This document shows, one piece after another, positions 1 through 9,360 of a stretch of DNA of 32,000 nt. Below the pieces are notes generated by a model that was not told where the DNA came from, did no database searches, and saw only the letters and a list, made by a program, of their open reading frames with translations. Within the stretch, counting starts at the first letter, position 1; each line of letters starts with the position of its first letter. A program made the position numbers and the translations under genes. Origin of the DNA: Candidatus Bipolaricaulota bacterium (lineage in GTDB: Bacteria > Bipolaricaulota > Bipolaricaulia > Bipolaricaulales > Bipolaricaulaceae); assembly GCA_025060415.1 (NCBI GenBank), contig JANXBT010000001.1, forward strand, positions 459,628 through 491,627. Reading direction: 5' to 3'.

Positions 1-324
1 ACGCTGGAGGAGGGCGGGCGGCGGGTGACCCTGCGCCGCGCCCCCCACGCGCCCGCGCCCGCCGCGCCCCCGCCGCCCGTGGCCGGGATCGTGGTGCGCT
101 CGCCCGTGGTGGGCACGTTCTGGCTCCGCCCCGCGCCCGGGGAACCCCCGTTCGTGAAGGTCGGGGACCTCGTCCAGCCCGGCCAAGTCCTGTGCATCGT
201 GGAGGCCATGAAGGTCATGAACGAGATCCGGGCGGAGACCGCGGGCGTGGTGGAGGAGATCCTGGTGGCGGAGGGCGATCCCGTGGAGTACGGGCAGCCC
301 CTGTTCCGCCTGCGCCCGGCGTAG
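1..324 (+). CDS. accB: Biotin carboxyl carrier protein of acetyl-CoA carboxylase, C-terminal part (5' end outside the window)
   Basis: Frame 1 is open from base 1, and the listed ORF 25-324 is its in-frame tail. It has the biotinyl-domain signature with the biotinylated lysine context CIVEAMKVMNEI, flanked by VGDLVQPGQVL and GQPLFRL. Stop TAG 322-324 abuts the accC ATG at 325. Confidence 0.9.
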   Translation, partial: TLEEGGRRVTLRRAPHAPAPAAPPPPVAGIVVRSPVVGTFWLRPAPGEPPFVKVGDLVQPGQVLCIVEAMKVMNEIRAETAGVVEEILVAEGDPVEYGQPLFRLRPA

Positions 325-1662
<1,338 letters not shown>

Positions 1663-1671
1663 ACTGGCCCC

Positions 1672-2964
1672 GTGTTCGAGTCCCTAAGCGAGCGCCTGGG
1701 CCAGATCTTCCAGAGGCTGCGGGGCAAGGGCCTGCTCACCCCGGCCGACGTGGACCAGGGCCTCAAGGAGATCCGCGCCGCCCTCCTGGCCGCCGACGTG
1801 CACGTGGAGGTGGTCAAGGAGCTGTTGGCGCGGGTGCGGGAGCGGGCGGTGGGGGAGCGCCTGGTGGAGTCCCTCTCCCCGGCCCAGCAGCTCCTGCTCA
1901 TCGTGCGCCAGGAGATGGCGCGGGTCATGGGGGGGGAGGCCCAGAAGCTTCGACTTTCCGGGCGGCCGGCGGTGGTGGTCCTGGTGGGCCCAGCCGGCTC
2001 CGGCAAGACCACCACTGCGGCCAAGCTCGGCCGGCACCTGGCGCGGAAGGGGCGGCGGCCCCTCCTGGTCTCCGCGGACCCCGAGCGGCCCGCGGCCGCC
2101 GAGCAGCTGGCCGCCTTGGCCCAGCGCCTGGGCCTGCCCTGGGCCTCCGCGGATCAGGACCCCCTGGCCCAAGTGCCCCAGGTCCTGGCGCGGGCCCGGA
2201 GGGAGGTGCAGGACGTGGTGATCCTGGACACGCCGGGGGTCCCGCCGGGCTCCCCCCCGCCGCCCTTCCTTGTGGAGCTCCTCCCCCGCCTCCAGGCCAG
2301 CGACGTGCTGCTCGTGTTGGACGCGCTGGTGGGCCAGGAGGCCCTGCGCGTGGCCGAGGCCTTCCGGCCCCTGGGGCTCACGGGGATCGTGCTCACCAAG
2401 CTGGACGGCGACGCGCGGGGCGGCGCGGCCCTCTCCCTCCCCTCGCGCCTGGGGCAGCCCATCCTCTTTGTGGGGGTGGGCGAGCGGCCCGAGGACCTCG
2501 AGCCCTTCCATCCCGAGCGCATGGCCGACCGCATCCTCGGGCTGGGCGACCTCTCCGGCCTTGTGGAGAAGCTGCAGGAGGCGGGGGCGGCGGAGCGGGC
2601 CGCCAAGGCCCTCAAGGGGGAGGAGTTCACCCTGGAGGACTTCCTGGCCCAGCTGGAGGCCGTGCGGCGGGCCGGTCCCCTGGGCCAGCTCTTGGCCCGC
2701 CTGCCCGGCCTGGCCCGCCCCGCGGAGGACGAGCTCGAGCGGGAGTTCAAGAAGATGAAGGCCATCATCCAATCCATGACCGTTGAGGAGCGGCGCAACC
2801 CCCATATAATCGGGGCCAGCCGCAAACGGCGGATCGCGCGCGGCTCAGGCACCACGGTCCAGGACGTGAACCGCCTCCTGGCCGAGTACGAGCAGGCCAA
2901 AAAGCTCCTGCGGGAGCTGGGCCGGCGGAGGTTCCCCGGCGGAAAACTGCCGTTCCCGAGGTGA
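1672..2964 (+). CDS. ffh: Signal recognition particle protein Ffh
   Basis: GTG start at 1672. The N-terminus MFESLSERLGQIFQRLRGKG is typical. SRP GTPase motifs are present: GPAGSGKTTTAAKL, DTPG, TKLDGDARGGAALS. The C-terminal M domain reads IIQSMTVEERRNP...RKRRIARGSGT. Confidence 0.93.
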   Translation: MFESLSERLGQIFQRLRGKGLLTPADVDQGLKEIRAALLAADVHVEVVKELLARVRERAVGERLVESLSPAQQLLLIVRQEMARVMGGEAQKLRLSGRPAVVVLVGPAGSGKTTTAAKLGRHLARKGRRPLLVSADPERPAAAEQLAALAQRLGLPWASADQDPLAQVPQVLARARREVQDVVILDTPGVPPGSPPPPFLVELLPRLQASDVLLVLDALVGQEALRVAEAFRPLGLTGIVLTKLDGDARGGAALSLPSRLGQPILFVGVGERPEDLEPFHPERMADRILGLGDLSGLVEKLQEAGAAERAAKALKGEEFTLEDFLAQLEAVRRAGPLGQLLARLPGLARPAEDELEREFKKMKAIIQSMTVEERRNPHIIGASRKRRIARGSGTTVQDVNRLLAEYEQAKKLLRELGRRRFPGGKLPFPR

Positions 2965-2968
2965 TGCT

Positions 2969-3274
2969 ATGGCGTTGAAGATCAGGCTCATGCGCGTGGG
3001 GAAAAAGAAGCAGCCCCACTACCGCCTTGTGGTGGTGGAGGAGGCCTCCAAGCGCGACGGCGCGGTGGTGGAGGTGATCGGCCACTACCACCCCCTGCAG
3101 GAGGTGGACGACCTCACGGTGGATGTGGAGCGGGCCCTGGCCTGGCTGGCCCAGGGCGCCCAACCCACGGAGGCCGCGCGCCGCCTCCTCTCCCGGGCGG
3201 GCGTCCTACGGCTGTGGCACGAGCGCCGGTTTGGGCCCAAAGGTGCTCCTGGAGCTGAGCCGGTATCTTCTTAG
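2969..3274 (+). CDS. rpsP: 30S ribosomal protein S16
   Basis: MALKIRLMRVGKKKQPHYRLVVVEE...VIGHYHP is the canonical bS16 N-terminus. A GGTGA Shine-Dalgarno lies 4 nt upstream. It occupies the conserved position after ffh. Confidence 0.93.
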   Translation: MALKIRLMRVGKKKQPHYRLVVVEEASKRDGAVVEVIGHYHPLQEVDDLTVDVERALAWLAQGAQPTEAARRLLSRAGVLRLWHERRFGPKGAPGAEPVSS

Positions 3275-3464
3275 GGCCGTCGTCTCCCGCCCCACGGAGA
3301 TCCGGGTGGACCACATCCACGCCGGTGGGGTGGATTTCCTGTTCCTTGCGGTGGCCAAGCCCGACCAGAAGGCCCTCAACGCGCGGGACAAGGAGGCCCT
3401 CGTCCTGGTGCTCGAGCGCATCGGGAAGAAGCTGGGCCGGGAGGTCATCGCGGACTGGAAATGA
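3243..3464 (+). CDS. KH-domain RNA-binding protein (YlqC/UPF0109 family)
   Basis: The C-terminal ~73 codons of ORF 3123-3464 read LLELSRYLLRAVVSRPTEIRVDHIH...VAKPDQKALNARDKEALVLVLERIGKKLGREV. This matches the small KH protein usually found between rpsP and rimM/trmD. I chose the in-frame GTG at 3243, so the start is uncertain and overlaps the rpsP 3' end. The stop overlaps the trmD ATG (ATGA at 3461-3464). Confidence 0.7.
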   Translation: MLLELSRYLLRAVVSRPTEIRVDHIHAGGVDFLFLAVAKPDQKALNARDKEALVLVLERIGKKLGREVIADWK

Positions 3465-4165
3465 GGTTCGACATCGTCACCCTCTTCCCCGAGATGCTCC
3501 GCCCCTTCTTCGCCCAGGGCATCCTCCTTGGGGCCCAGGAGAAGGGGCTGATCGAGATCCACCTCCATGACCTGCGCGCCTTCGCCCCGGATCCCCGGGG
3601 GATCGTGGACGACCGGCCCTTCGGGGGCGGGGCGGGTATGGTCATGCGGCCCGAGCCCTTCGCCCGCGCCGTGGAGGCCCTCGCCCAGGAGATCCGAACG
3701 AAGCCCTTTGTGGTCCTCCTTTCCGCCCAAGGGGTCCTCTTTACCCAGGCCTGGGCCAAGCGGTTCGCCCGGGAGCGGGCGCTCGTGCTCCTGTGCGGCC
3801 GCTACGAGGGCGTGGACGAGCGCGTCCTCTCCTTCTGCGACCTGGAGCTCTCCATTGGGGATTATGTGCTCGCGGGCGGGGAGCTGGCCGCGGCCATCGT
3901 GGTGGAGGCCACGGCCCGCATGGTCCCGGGCGTGGTGGGCCGCTACGACTCCGTGGCCACCGACTCCTTCTTCTCCGGGCCGCGCCTGGGCTTCCCCCAG
4001 TACACCCGGCCCCGCCTCTTCCGCGGCCTCCCCGTGCCCGATGTGCTTCTCTCCGGCGACCACGCGCGCATCCGGCGCTTCCGGGAAAAGGAGGCCTGGA
4101 AGAAGACCCTGCGCCACCGCCCCGACCTCCTGGGCCTCCGCCTCCCCCCGGCCGGGGAGCCCTAG
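3461..4165 (+). CDS. trmD: tRNA (guanine37-N1)-methyltransferase TrmD
   Basis: MRFDIVTLFPEM... is a typical N-terminus. GRYEGVDERV and SIGDYVLAGGELAA belong to the SPOUT knot region. It occupies the conserved operon position. Confidence 0.93.
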   Translation: MRFDIVTLFPEMLRPFFAQGILLGAQEKGLIEIHLHDLRAFAPDPRGIVDDRPFGGGAGMVMRPEPFARAVEALAQEIRTKPFVVLLSAQGVLFTQAWAKRFARERALVLLCGRYEGVDERVLSFCDLELSIGDYVLAGGELAAAIVVEATARMVPGVVGRYDSVATDSFFSGPRLGFPQYTRPRLFRGLPVPDVLLSGDHARIRRFREKEAWKKTLRHRPDLLGLRLPPAGEP

Positions 4166-4167
4166 GC

Positions 4168-4905
4168 TCAGGGCGCCTGAAGCCAGCGCACCCAGGCGGC
4201 CAGCTTGGGGTAGTGCGTGCCCGGCCAAAAGAGCCCGCCGCAGGAGGGGCACTCCAGGTACGCCGTGCACCAGGCGGCCACCCGCGGCGGGGCCCGGCGC
4301 TTCCCCTCCTCCGGAGGAAGGGGGCGCAGGACCCCGTTGCACCGCAGGCAGCGGGTGAAGGGCGCGATCCTCCCCGCGAGGTCGAAGCGGCGCACCACCT
4401 CCCGCGCCTGCTCCAGGGGCACCGTGGACCGCACCCAGTAGCCGTGGGTCACCGCCCCGTGCTTCAAAAGCTCGCGGTCGCGGGTGAGGAGGATCCGGCC
4501 CTCCCGGGCCAAGGCCACGAGCTCCTCGTCGGAAATGTTGGGGGAGTGCACGGTGTCGAAGCCCAGAAGGCGGAGGAGGCGCGCGAGCTTTCCCAGGTGG
4601 GCGTCGGCGGCGAAGGCGAGGCGCCGGAGGGGCTCCGGCCGCACCTTCAGGATCGGGCTCACATCCAGGCTCTCGAACACCGGGTACACGGCCACTCGGT
4701 CCCCGTCCCGCAGGCGATAGCTGAAGTCCACGGATTCCCCGTCCACCACGATGAGCTCCACCTCCACGTGGGGGACGCCCAGGGCCTCGATGGCCTCCTT
4801 CACCGTAGGCTCGCCCTGGAAGGCGTACGTGAGGGTGCGGCCGCGCGCCTCGGGCGGCAAAAAGTCGTTGAGCTCCGCGTAGAACCGGAAGAACGCCTGC
4901 TTCAC
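4168..4905 (-). CDS. Mut7-C RNase domain protein (DUF82, PIN-like) with an N-terminal Mut7-C ubiquitin-like domain and a C-terminal zinc ribbon
   Basis: The N-terminus FRFYAELNDFLP...EALGVPHVEVELIVVDGESVDFSYRLRDGDRVAVYP looks like a ubiquitin-like domain. The core FAADAHLGKLARLLRLLGFDT...ILLTRDRELL looks like a PIN-like nuclease. The C-terminus has RCLRCNG...CPSCGG cysteine pairs. GTG start at 4905 overlaps the stop of the upstream ACT gene. Confidence 0.8.
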   Translation of the reverse strand: MKQAFFRFYAELNDFLPPEARGRTLTYAFQGEPTVKEAIEALGVPHVEVELIVVDGESVDFSYRLRDGDRVAVYPVFESLDVSPILKVRPEPLRRLAFAADAHLGKLARLLRLLGFDTVHSPNISDEELVALAREGRILLTRDRELLKHGAVTHGYWVRSTVPLEQAREVVRRFDLAGRIAPFTRCLRCNGVLRPLPPEEGKRRAPPRVAAWCTAYLECPSCGGLFWPGTHYPKLAAWVRWLQAP

Positions 4906-5285
4906 GTCAGGCGGAAGATGGCCTTGGCCCGGGCCAGGTCATCCACGGTGAATACAAGCACGTTTTTCTCCACGGCGAAATAGCAGGAAAGGACGTTGAT
5001 GCCGTCGCGGGCCAGCCGATCTAGGACGCTGGCCAACTGCCCGGGCTGGTGGGGGAGGCTTAGGCTCAACGCCTCCCGTTCCTCGTAGTCCACGCCTAGC
5101 CTCTTCAGGACCTTGCGGGTCCGGTCCGGGGCATCCGTGATCATGGACACCACGGCTTCGTCCAGCACGGTGAGGGCGGCGATGGCCTCGATGTTCACCC
5201 GCTCCTCGGCCAGGGCCGCGGCCACCTCCAAAAGCGCGCCGGGCTTGTTCCCCAAAAAGAAAGTGAACTCCTGCATGCCCATCAC
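4902..5285 (-). CDS. Tandem ACT-domain protein (small ligand-binding regulatory protein)
   Basis: There are two ACT-like repeats: FTFFLGNKPGALLEVAAALAEERVNIEAI and LSLSLPHQPGQLASVLDRLARDGINVLSCY. The start is ambiguous among GTG 5285, ATG 5282 and ATG 5276. Confidence 0.7.
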   Translation of the reverse strand: MMGMQEFTFFLGNKPGALLEVAAALAEERVNIEAIAALTVLDEAVVSMITDAPDRTRKVLKRLGVDYEEREALSLSLPHQPGQLASVLDRLARDGINVLSCYFAVEKNVLVFTVDDLARAKAIFRLT

Positions 5286-5294
5286 CCCCGAGAA

Positions 5295-5708
5295 TTATCG
5301 TACCCGTTCCAACCAAGCTTGAAGGATGAGGACGGCGGAGAGGGCGTCCGCTTTGCCCTTCCGTTTGCGCCAAGGGAGGCCGGCCTCGCGCAGAACCCGC
5401 ACCGCCTCCTCCGTGGTCCAGCGCTCGTCCACGAAGTGGAGGGGGAGCTGCGCCTCCTTGGCCAGGGCCTCCGCAAACGCCCGCACCCTCCGGGCCTGCT
5501 CCCCCTCGGTCCCGTCCATGTTCAGGGGTAGCCCCACGACCAGGGCCTCGGCGCCCAGCTGGCGGGCGAGCTCCGCCAGCGCGCGCACGTCCTTTTCCCA
5601 GTCCGTGCGCACGTAGACCCCGTGGGGGACGGCCAGGGTGCCGGTCGCGTCGGTGCGGGCCAGGCCCACCCGCCGCTCGCCCACGTCCAGGGCCAACGCG
5701 CGCCTCAT
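5295..5708 (-). CDS. ruvX: Putative pre-16S rRNA nuclease / Holliday-junction-resolvase-like protein YqgF (RuvX)
   Basis: From the internal ATG at 5708 the protein reads MRRALALDVGERRVGLARTD...VVGLPLNMDGTEGEQA...VDERWTTEEA...DALSAVLILQAWL, the YqgF pattern. The ATG overlaps the ruvA stop (ATGA at 5705-5708). The longer ORF reaching 5768 adds a Gly/Pro-rich extension that I regard as spurious. Confidence 0.85.
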   Translation of the reverse strand: MRRALALDVGERRVGLARTDATGTLAVPHGVYVRTDWEKDVRALAELARQLGAEALVVGLPLNMDGTEGEQARRVRAFAEALAKEAQLPLHFVDERWTTEEAVRVLREAGLPWRKRKGKADALSAVLILQAWLERVR

Positions 5709-6292
5709 GATCCGGCGAGGAGGGCCAGGGCCCGCCGGAGCATCTCCTCCACCGGGGCCTCCGGGCACTCCTGCCGCACGAGCTCCAGGGCCCTGCGGGC
5801 CTCCTCGGGCCTAAAGCCCAGCGCCTTGGAGGTGAGGGCCTGGAGGACGATTTTTTCCTTTTCCGTTTCGGGCGGGGCGGCCGGGGGCGCCCAGCGCTGG
5901 GCCCGCTCGGAGAGCTCCAGCAGCACGCGCTGGGCCGTACGGCGGCCGATCCCCTTCACCGCGTCCAGCGCGGAGAGGTCGCCCCGGCGGATGGCGGCCA
6001 CCAGCTCCGCCGGCGGCAGGGCCGCAACGAGCTTGAAGGCCAACCGCGGCCCCACCTGCGGCACGGAGAGCAGGGCCACGAACATCTCCCGCTCCTCGGG
6101 CGTGGCGAACCCGTAGAGGGAGAACTCGTCCTCCTGGAACAGGAGGTGGGTGTGGAGGCGCAGTTCCTGGCCGGGTTTTAGACCCTCCAGGGTGCGCGGC
6201 GGGACGAAGAGGCGAAAACCGAGCCCGCCCACGGCGAGGACCACCGTCTCCTTGTCCTTTTCCACGACCCGACCCGTCAGGAAGTCGATCAC
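5705..6292 (-). CDS. ruvA: Holliday junction DNA helicase subunit RuvA
   Basis: MIDFLTGRVVEK...VLAVGGLGFRLFVP...LYGF is the OB-fold domain I. It is followed by helix-hairpin-helix repeats (LLSVPQVGPRLA, DAVKGIGRRTAQRV) and a C-terminal domain III. GTG start at 6292. Confidence 0.9.
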   Translation of the reverse strand: MIDFLTGRVVEKDKETVVLAVGGLGFRLFVPPRTLEGLKPGQELRLHTHLLFQEDEFSLYGFATPEEREMFVALLSVPQVGPRLAFKLVAALPPAELVAAIRRGDLSALDAVKGIGRRTAQRVLLELSERAQRWAPPAAPPETEKEKIVLQALTSKALGFRPEEARRALELVRQECPEAPVEEMLRRALALLAGS

Positions 6293-7074
6293 GGCTCCCC
6301 CACGTCCAGCGGGGGCTCGCTCCGGCCCAGCGCGGCGATCTCGGAGAACGCGCGCTCCACGGCGTCCCTGGGGCCGGAAAGGAGGAGGACCACGGCCCCC
6401 CTACCCCGGCCCACCCCGCCCCCGCCGATGTGCTCCGCCCGCACCCCATACAGGAGGGACACGGCTTCCGTCTCCGTGACCACCGTGCCGAGGAGGGGGA
6501 TCACCCCGATTTTGGGGCCCGCGCAGCACACTAGCCGCCCCGCGCCCAGCCGTTGGGCGAGGGCCACGACCGAGGTGTGCACGGCCTTGCTGCGGGAAAT
6601 GGGGATCACCACCTCCACGCCCCTGGCCAGCGCCGGGGCCAGGAACTTGCCCACCGTGCCGCCGTCCCCTCCCGCCACGTACACCCCCACGACCCCCTGG
6701 GGGTCGAGGAGGTTGCCGCCCTTGATCACCACGTCGCCCGGCCCGAGGCGGGCCAGGACCTCCGGCCAGGCCAGCTCCCGCGGCTCGCCCCGCTCCAGCA
6801 CCACCATGGGCTCCCGCGCCGCGGGGGGCAGCACCCCCAACTCCGCGGCGAGGTACCCCGCCACGTACCGCCCTTTAGGGATGGGGCGGCCCAAAAGCTC
6901 CTCCAGCACGTAGGCGTTGGTGGTGCCCCAGCCCACCACGAGGAGGCCGTCCCGCTGGGCCCGCTGGACCTGGGGGAGGCGGGCCACCGCCCGACCGATC
7001 AGGCGTTTCCCGGCCTCCGCCGGCACGACCACCACCCCTTGGGCCTCTGCTTCTGGCATTCCCGGGATGTCCAT
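6289..7074 (-). CDS. Conserved-looking hypothetical protein (261 aa), family not recognised
   Basis: The ORF has the same strong G/C third-position bias as its neighbours. ATG is at 7074, and the stop overlaps the ruvA GTG (GTGA at 6289-6292). The segments VVGWGTTNAY, DVVIKGGNLLDPQG and VVIPISRSKAV are loosely reminiscent of the RpiA/DeoR-C/LUD type alpha-beta fold, but that is only a guess. Confidence 0.6.
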   Translation of the reverse strand: MDIPGMPEAEAQGVVVVPAEAGKRLIGRAVARLPQVQRAQRDGLLVVGWGTTNAYVLEELLGRPIPKGRYVAGYLAAELGVLPPAAREPMVVLERGEPRELAWPEVLARLGPGDVVIKGGNLLDPQGVVGVYVAGGDGGTVGKFLAPALARGVEVVIPISRSKAVHTSVVALAQRLGAGRLVCCAGPKIGVIPLLGTVVTETEAVSLLYGVRAEHIGGGGVGRGRGAVVLLLSGPRDAVERAFSEIAALGRSEPPLDVGEP

Positions 7075-7080
7075 GCTATA

Positions 7081-7109
7081 ACCCTAGCGGCAAAACCCCC
7101 CGAAGACAA
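7081..7109 (-). promoter_or_regulatory. Candidate sigma-70-type promoter of the 261-aa gene/ruvA operon (leaderless layout)
   Basis: On the minus strand: TTGTCT (7109-7104), 17-nt spacer, TAGGGT (7086-7081), then 6 nt to ATG 7074. No Shine-Dalgarno sequence is present. Confidence 0.35.
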
Positions 7110-7119
7110 AGGAGGGCCG

Positions 7120-8748
7120 ATGCCGTTCACGCGGGAGCAGTACGAGCGGGAGCGCAGGGAATTCCGGTGGGACATCCCCGAGAACTACAACATCGCGGCG
7201 GTGGTGGACGCCCACGCCCAAAGGAAGGGCGATCAGCCGTGCATCCTTTGGGAGTCGGAGACGGGCGAGCGCCGCACCCTCACCTGGCGGCAGCTTTCCC
7301 AGCTGTCCGCGCGGTTCGCCGCCGTGCTCATGCGCCTGGGCGTGCGGAAGGGCGACCCCGTGCTGCACATCTTTCCCCGGCTTCCCGAGGCCTTCATCGC
7401 CCAGATCGGCACGTTCAAGGCTGGGGCGGTGGCCGTGCCCTGTGTGGACATGCTGCGGGCCAAGGACATCATCTACCGGGCCGAGGTGTCCGGGGCCCGG
7501 GTGGTGGTGGCCCACGTGTCCGTGGCGGAGGAGGTGGACGCCGCCCGCGGCCAATGCCCCTTAGAGCACTTCCTCCTCATCGGCGGCCGGCGCCCCGGTT
7601 GGCTCTCCTTCGAGGAGGAGATCGAAAAGGCCCCGGAGGTCCCGCCGGTCCCCCTCACCGCGCACGACCCCATCACCATCAACTTCACCTCCGGCACCAC
7701 CGGGAACCCTAAGCCCGTGATGCACCGCCACCGCTGGCTCTACGGGCACCTGCGCGTCACCGCCCGCTACTGGTGGGACCTCTCCCCGGACGACCTCATG
7801 TGGGCCACCACCGCGCCCGGCTGGGCCAAGTGGTACTGGTCGCCCATCGGCGTGGGCCTCAACGTGGGCGTCACCCAGTTCATCTACTACGGCCGGTTCG
7901 AGGCCGAAAAATACCTGGAGCTCCTCGCGCGCTACCCCATCACCAAGCTCTGCGCCACGCCCACGGAGTACCGCATGATGATCCAGGTGCCCGATCTGGG
8001 CCGCTATAAGCTCCGGCTGCGGGACGCCCTCTCCGCGGGTGAGCCCCTCAACGTTGAGCCCATCGAGGTGTTCCGGGAGGTGTTCGGCGTGACCATCCGG
8101 GACGGCTACGGGCAGACGGAGTCCGTCTGTTTGGTGTGCAACCCGCCGGGCCTGCCCGTGAAGCCGGGCTCCATGGGCCTTCCCACCCCCGGCCCCAACG
8201 CCACCCCCATCGACGAGGAGGGGAACCCCGTGGGCCCCGGGGAGGTGGGCGAGATCGCCGTTCCGGTGGGCAACCCCGCCATCTTCGACGGCTACTGGAA
8301 GGACCCCGCGCTCACCCAGCAGGTCTTCTCCGGGAAGTGGTACCGCACCGGCGACCTCGTGCGCGTGGACGAGGACGGCTACTTCTTCTTCGAGGGGCGG
8401 GCGGACGACGTGATCAAGGCCTCCGGGTACCGCATCGGTCCGTTCGAGGTGGAGGACGCCCTCGTGTCCCATCCCGCGGTGGTGGAGGCCGCGGTGATCG
8501 GCAAGCCCCATCCCGTGCGGGGCCAGATCGTCAAGGCCTTCGTGGTCCTGGCGAAGGGGTACGCGCCCTCGGAGGAGCTGGTGAAGGAGCTCCAGGAGCA
8601 CGTGAAGCGGGTCACGGCCCCCTACAAGTACCCGCGGGAGATCGAGTTCGTGACGGAGCTTCCCAAGACGCCGAGCGGGAAGATCAAGCGGGCCGAGCTG
8701 CGCCGGCGGGAGCTGGAGAAGCTCCAGGCCGAAGGGCAGGCGCCCTAG
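7120..8748 (+). CDS. AMP-forming acyl-CoA synthetase (medium-chain acyl-CoA ligase-like, adenylate-forming superfamily)
   Basis: ATG at 7120 is preceded by AAGGAGGG (7109-7116). The adenylation motifs are present: TSGTTGNPKPVMH, GYGQTE, WYRTGDL, GRADDVIKASGYRIGPFEVE and PKTPSGKIKR. The in-frame upstream part of ORF 6553-8748 is antisense to the neighbouring gene and is not coding. Confidence 0.9.
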   Translation: MPFTREQYERERREFRWDIPENYNIAAVVDAHAQRKGDQPCILWESETGERRTLTWRQLSQLSARFAAVLMRLGVRKGDPVLHIFPRLPEAFIAQIGTFKAGAVAVPCVDMLRAKDIIYRAEVSGARVVVAHVSVAEEVDAARGQCPLEHFLLIGGRRPGWLSFEEEIEKAPEVPPVPLTAHDPITINFTSGTTGNPKPVMHRHRWLYGHLRVTARYWWDLSPDDLMWATTAPGWAKWYWSPIGVGLNVGVTQFIYYGRFEAEKYLELLARYPITKLCATPTEYRMMIQVPDLGRYKLRLRDALSAGEPLNVEPIEVFREVFGVTIRDGYGQTESVCLVCNPPGLPVKPGSMGLPTPGPNATPIDEEGNPVGPGEVGEIAVPVGNPAIFDGYWKDPALTQQVFSGKWYRTGDLVRVDEDGYFFFEGRADDVIKASGYRIGPFEVEDALVSHPAVVEAAVIGKPHPVRGQIVKAFVVLAKGYAPSEELVKELQEHVKRVTAPYKYPREIEFVTELPKTPSGKIKRAELRRRELEKLQAEGQAP

Positions 8749-8755
8749 GGCGCCC

Positions 8756-9350
8756 ATGCGCGTGGAGCTCCTTTTTATCACCCCGGAGGCGGAGCGCCAC
8801 ATTGCGCGCTGCGCGCGGGTGAGCCATCGCAGCGCCGGCCGGGGCCTCGAGGATGACCGCCGCCTGATCCGCAAGCTCATCGCCTTGGGCCATGAGTCCG
8901 TGCTGGAGCACGCTTGCGCCACGTTCGAGGTCGCCGGGATCTCCCGGGCCTGCGCCAACCAGCTCACCCGCCACCGCCTGGCCAGCTTCGTGCGGGAGTC
9001 CCAGCGCCACGTCGACGCCCAAGGACACGCGCTCGTGCGCCCGCCCACCTTCTCCGAGGAGGATTGGGCGAGGGCCTGCGCGCTTTTCCACGCGGCCATG
9101 GGAACTGTATCGGCATCTCGTGGCCAAAGGCGTGCCCAAAGAGGACGCGCGGTTCGTGCTCCCCTTGGGGATCGAAACCCGTCTGGTTTGGACCGCCAAC
9201 TTCCGGGAGCTCCGCCACATCTTGCGGTTAGGCCCCGACGCGCAATGGGAGATCCGGGAGGTGGCTCGCCGCATGTGGGAACACCTTTATGCCCATGCCC
9301 CCAGTTGCTTTGAGGATCTGCGTCCCTTAGCCGAGGGCCGCGCGGCCTAA
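8756..9350 (+). pseudogene. thyX: Flavin-dependent thymidylate synthase ThyX, interrupted by a +1 frameshift near 9098-9103
   Basis: The N-terminal half is in frame 2: LIALGHESVLEH and the ThyX signature RHRLASFVRES (RHR-X7-S). The C-terminal half is in frame 0: ELYRHLVAKGVPKEDARFVLPLGIETRLVWTANFRELRHILRLGPDAQWEIRE. The switch occurs at gcc atg GGG aac tg (GGG at 9100-9102). Deleting one G gives ...FHAAMELYRHL... in one frame. Confidence 0.8.
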
Positions 9351-9360
9351 GGAGGGCCCT

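Noticed and set aside
1684-4342. Long antisense or alternative-frame ORFs over ffh and trmD (1684-2805, 2154-2900, 3206-4342, 3567-4358)
   Set aside because: Each overlaps a gene with clear family motifs in another frame or strand. Their products are Arg/Pro/Gly-rich and lack motifs.
6553-7119. In-frame 189-codon upstream extension of the acyl-CoA synthetase ORF
   Set aside because: It is antisense to the 261-aa gene. The homology starts at MPFTREQYE, which has a perfect AAGGAGGG Shine-Dalgarno 3 nt upstream.
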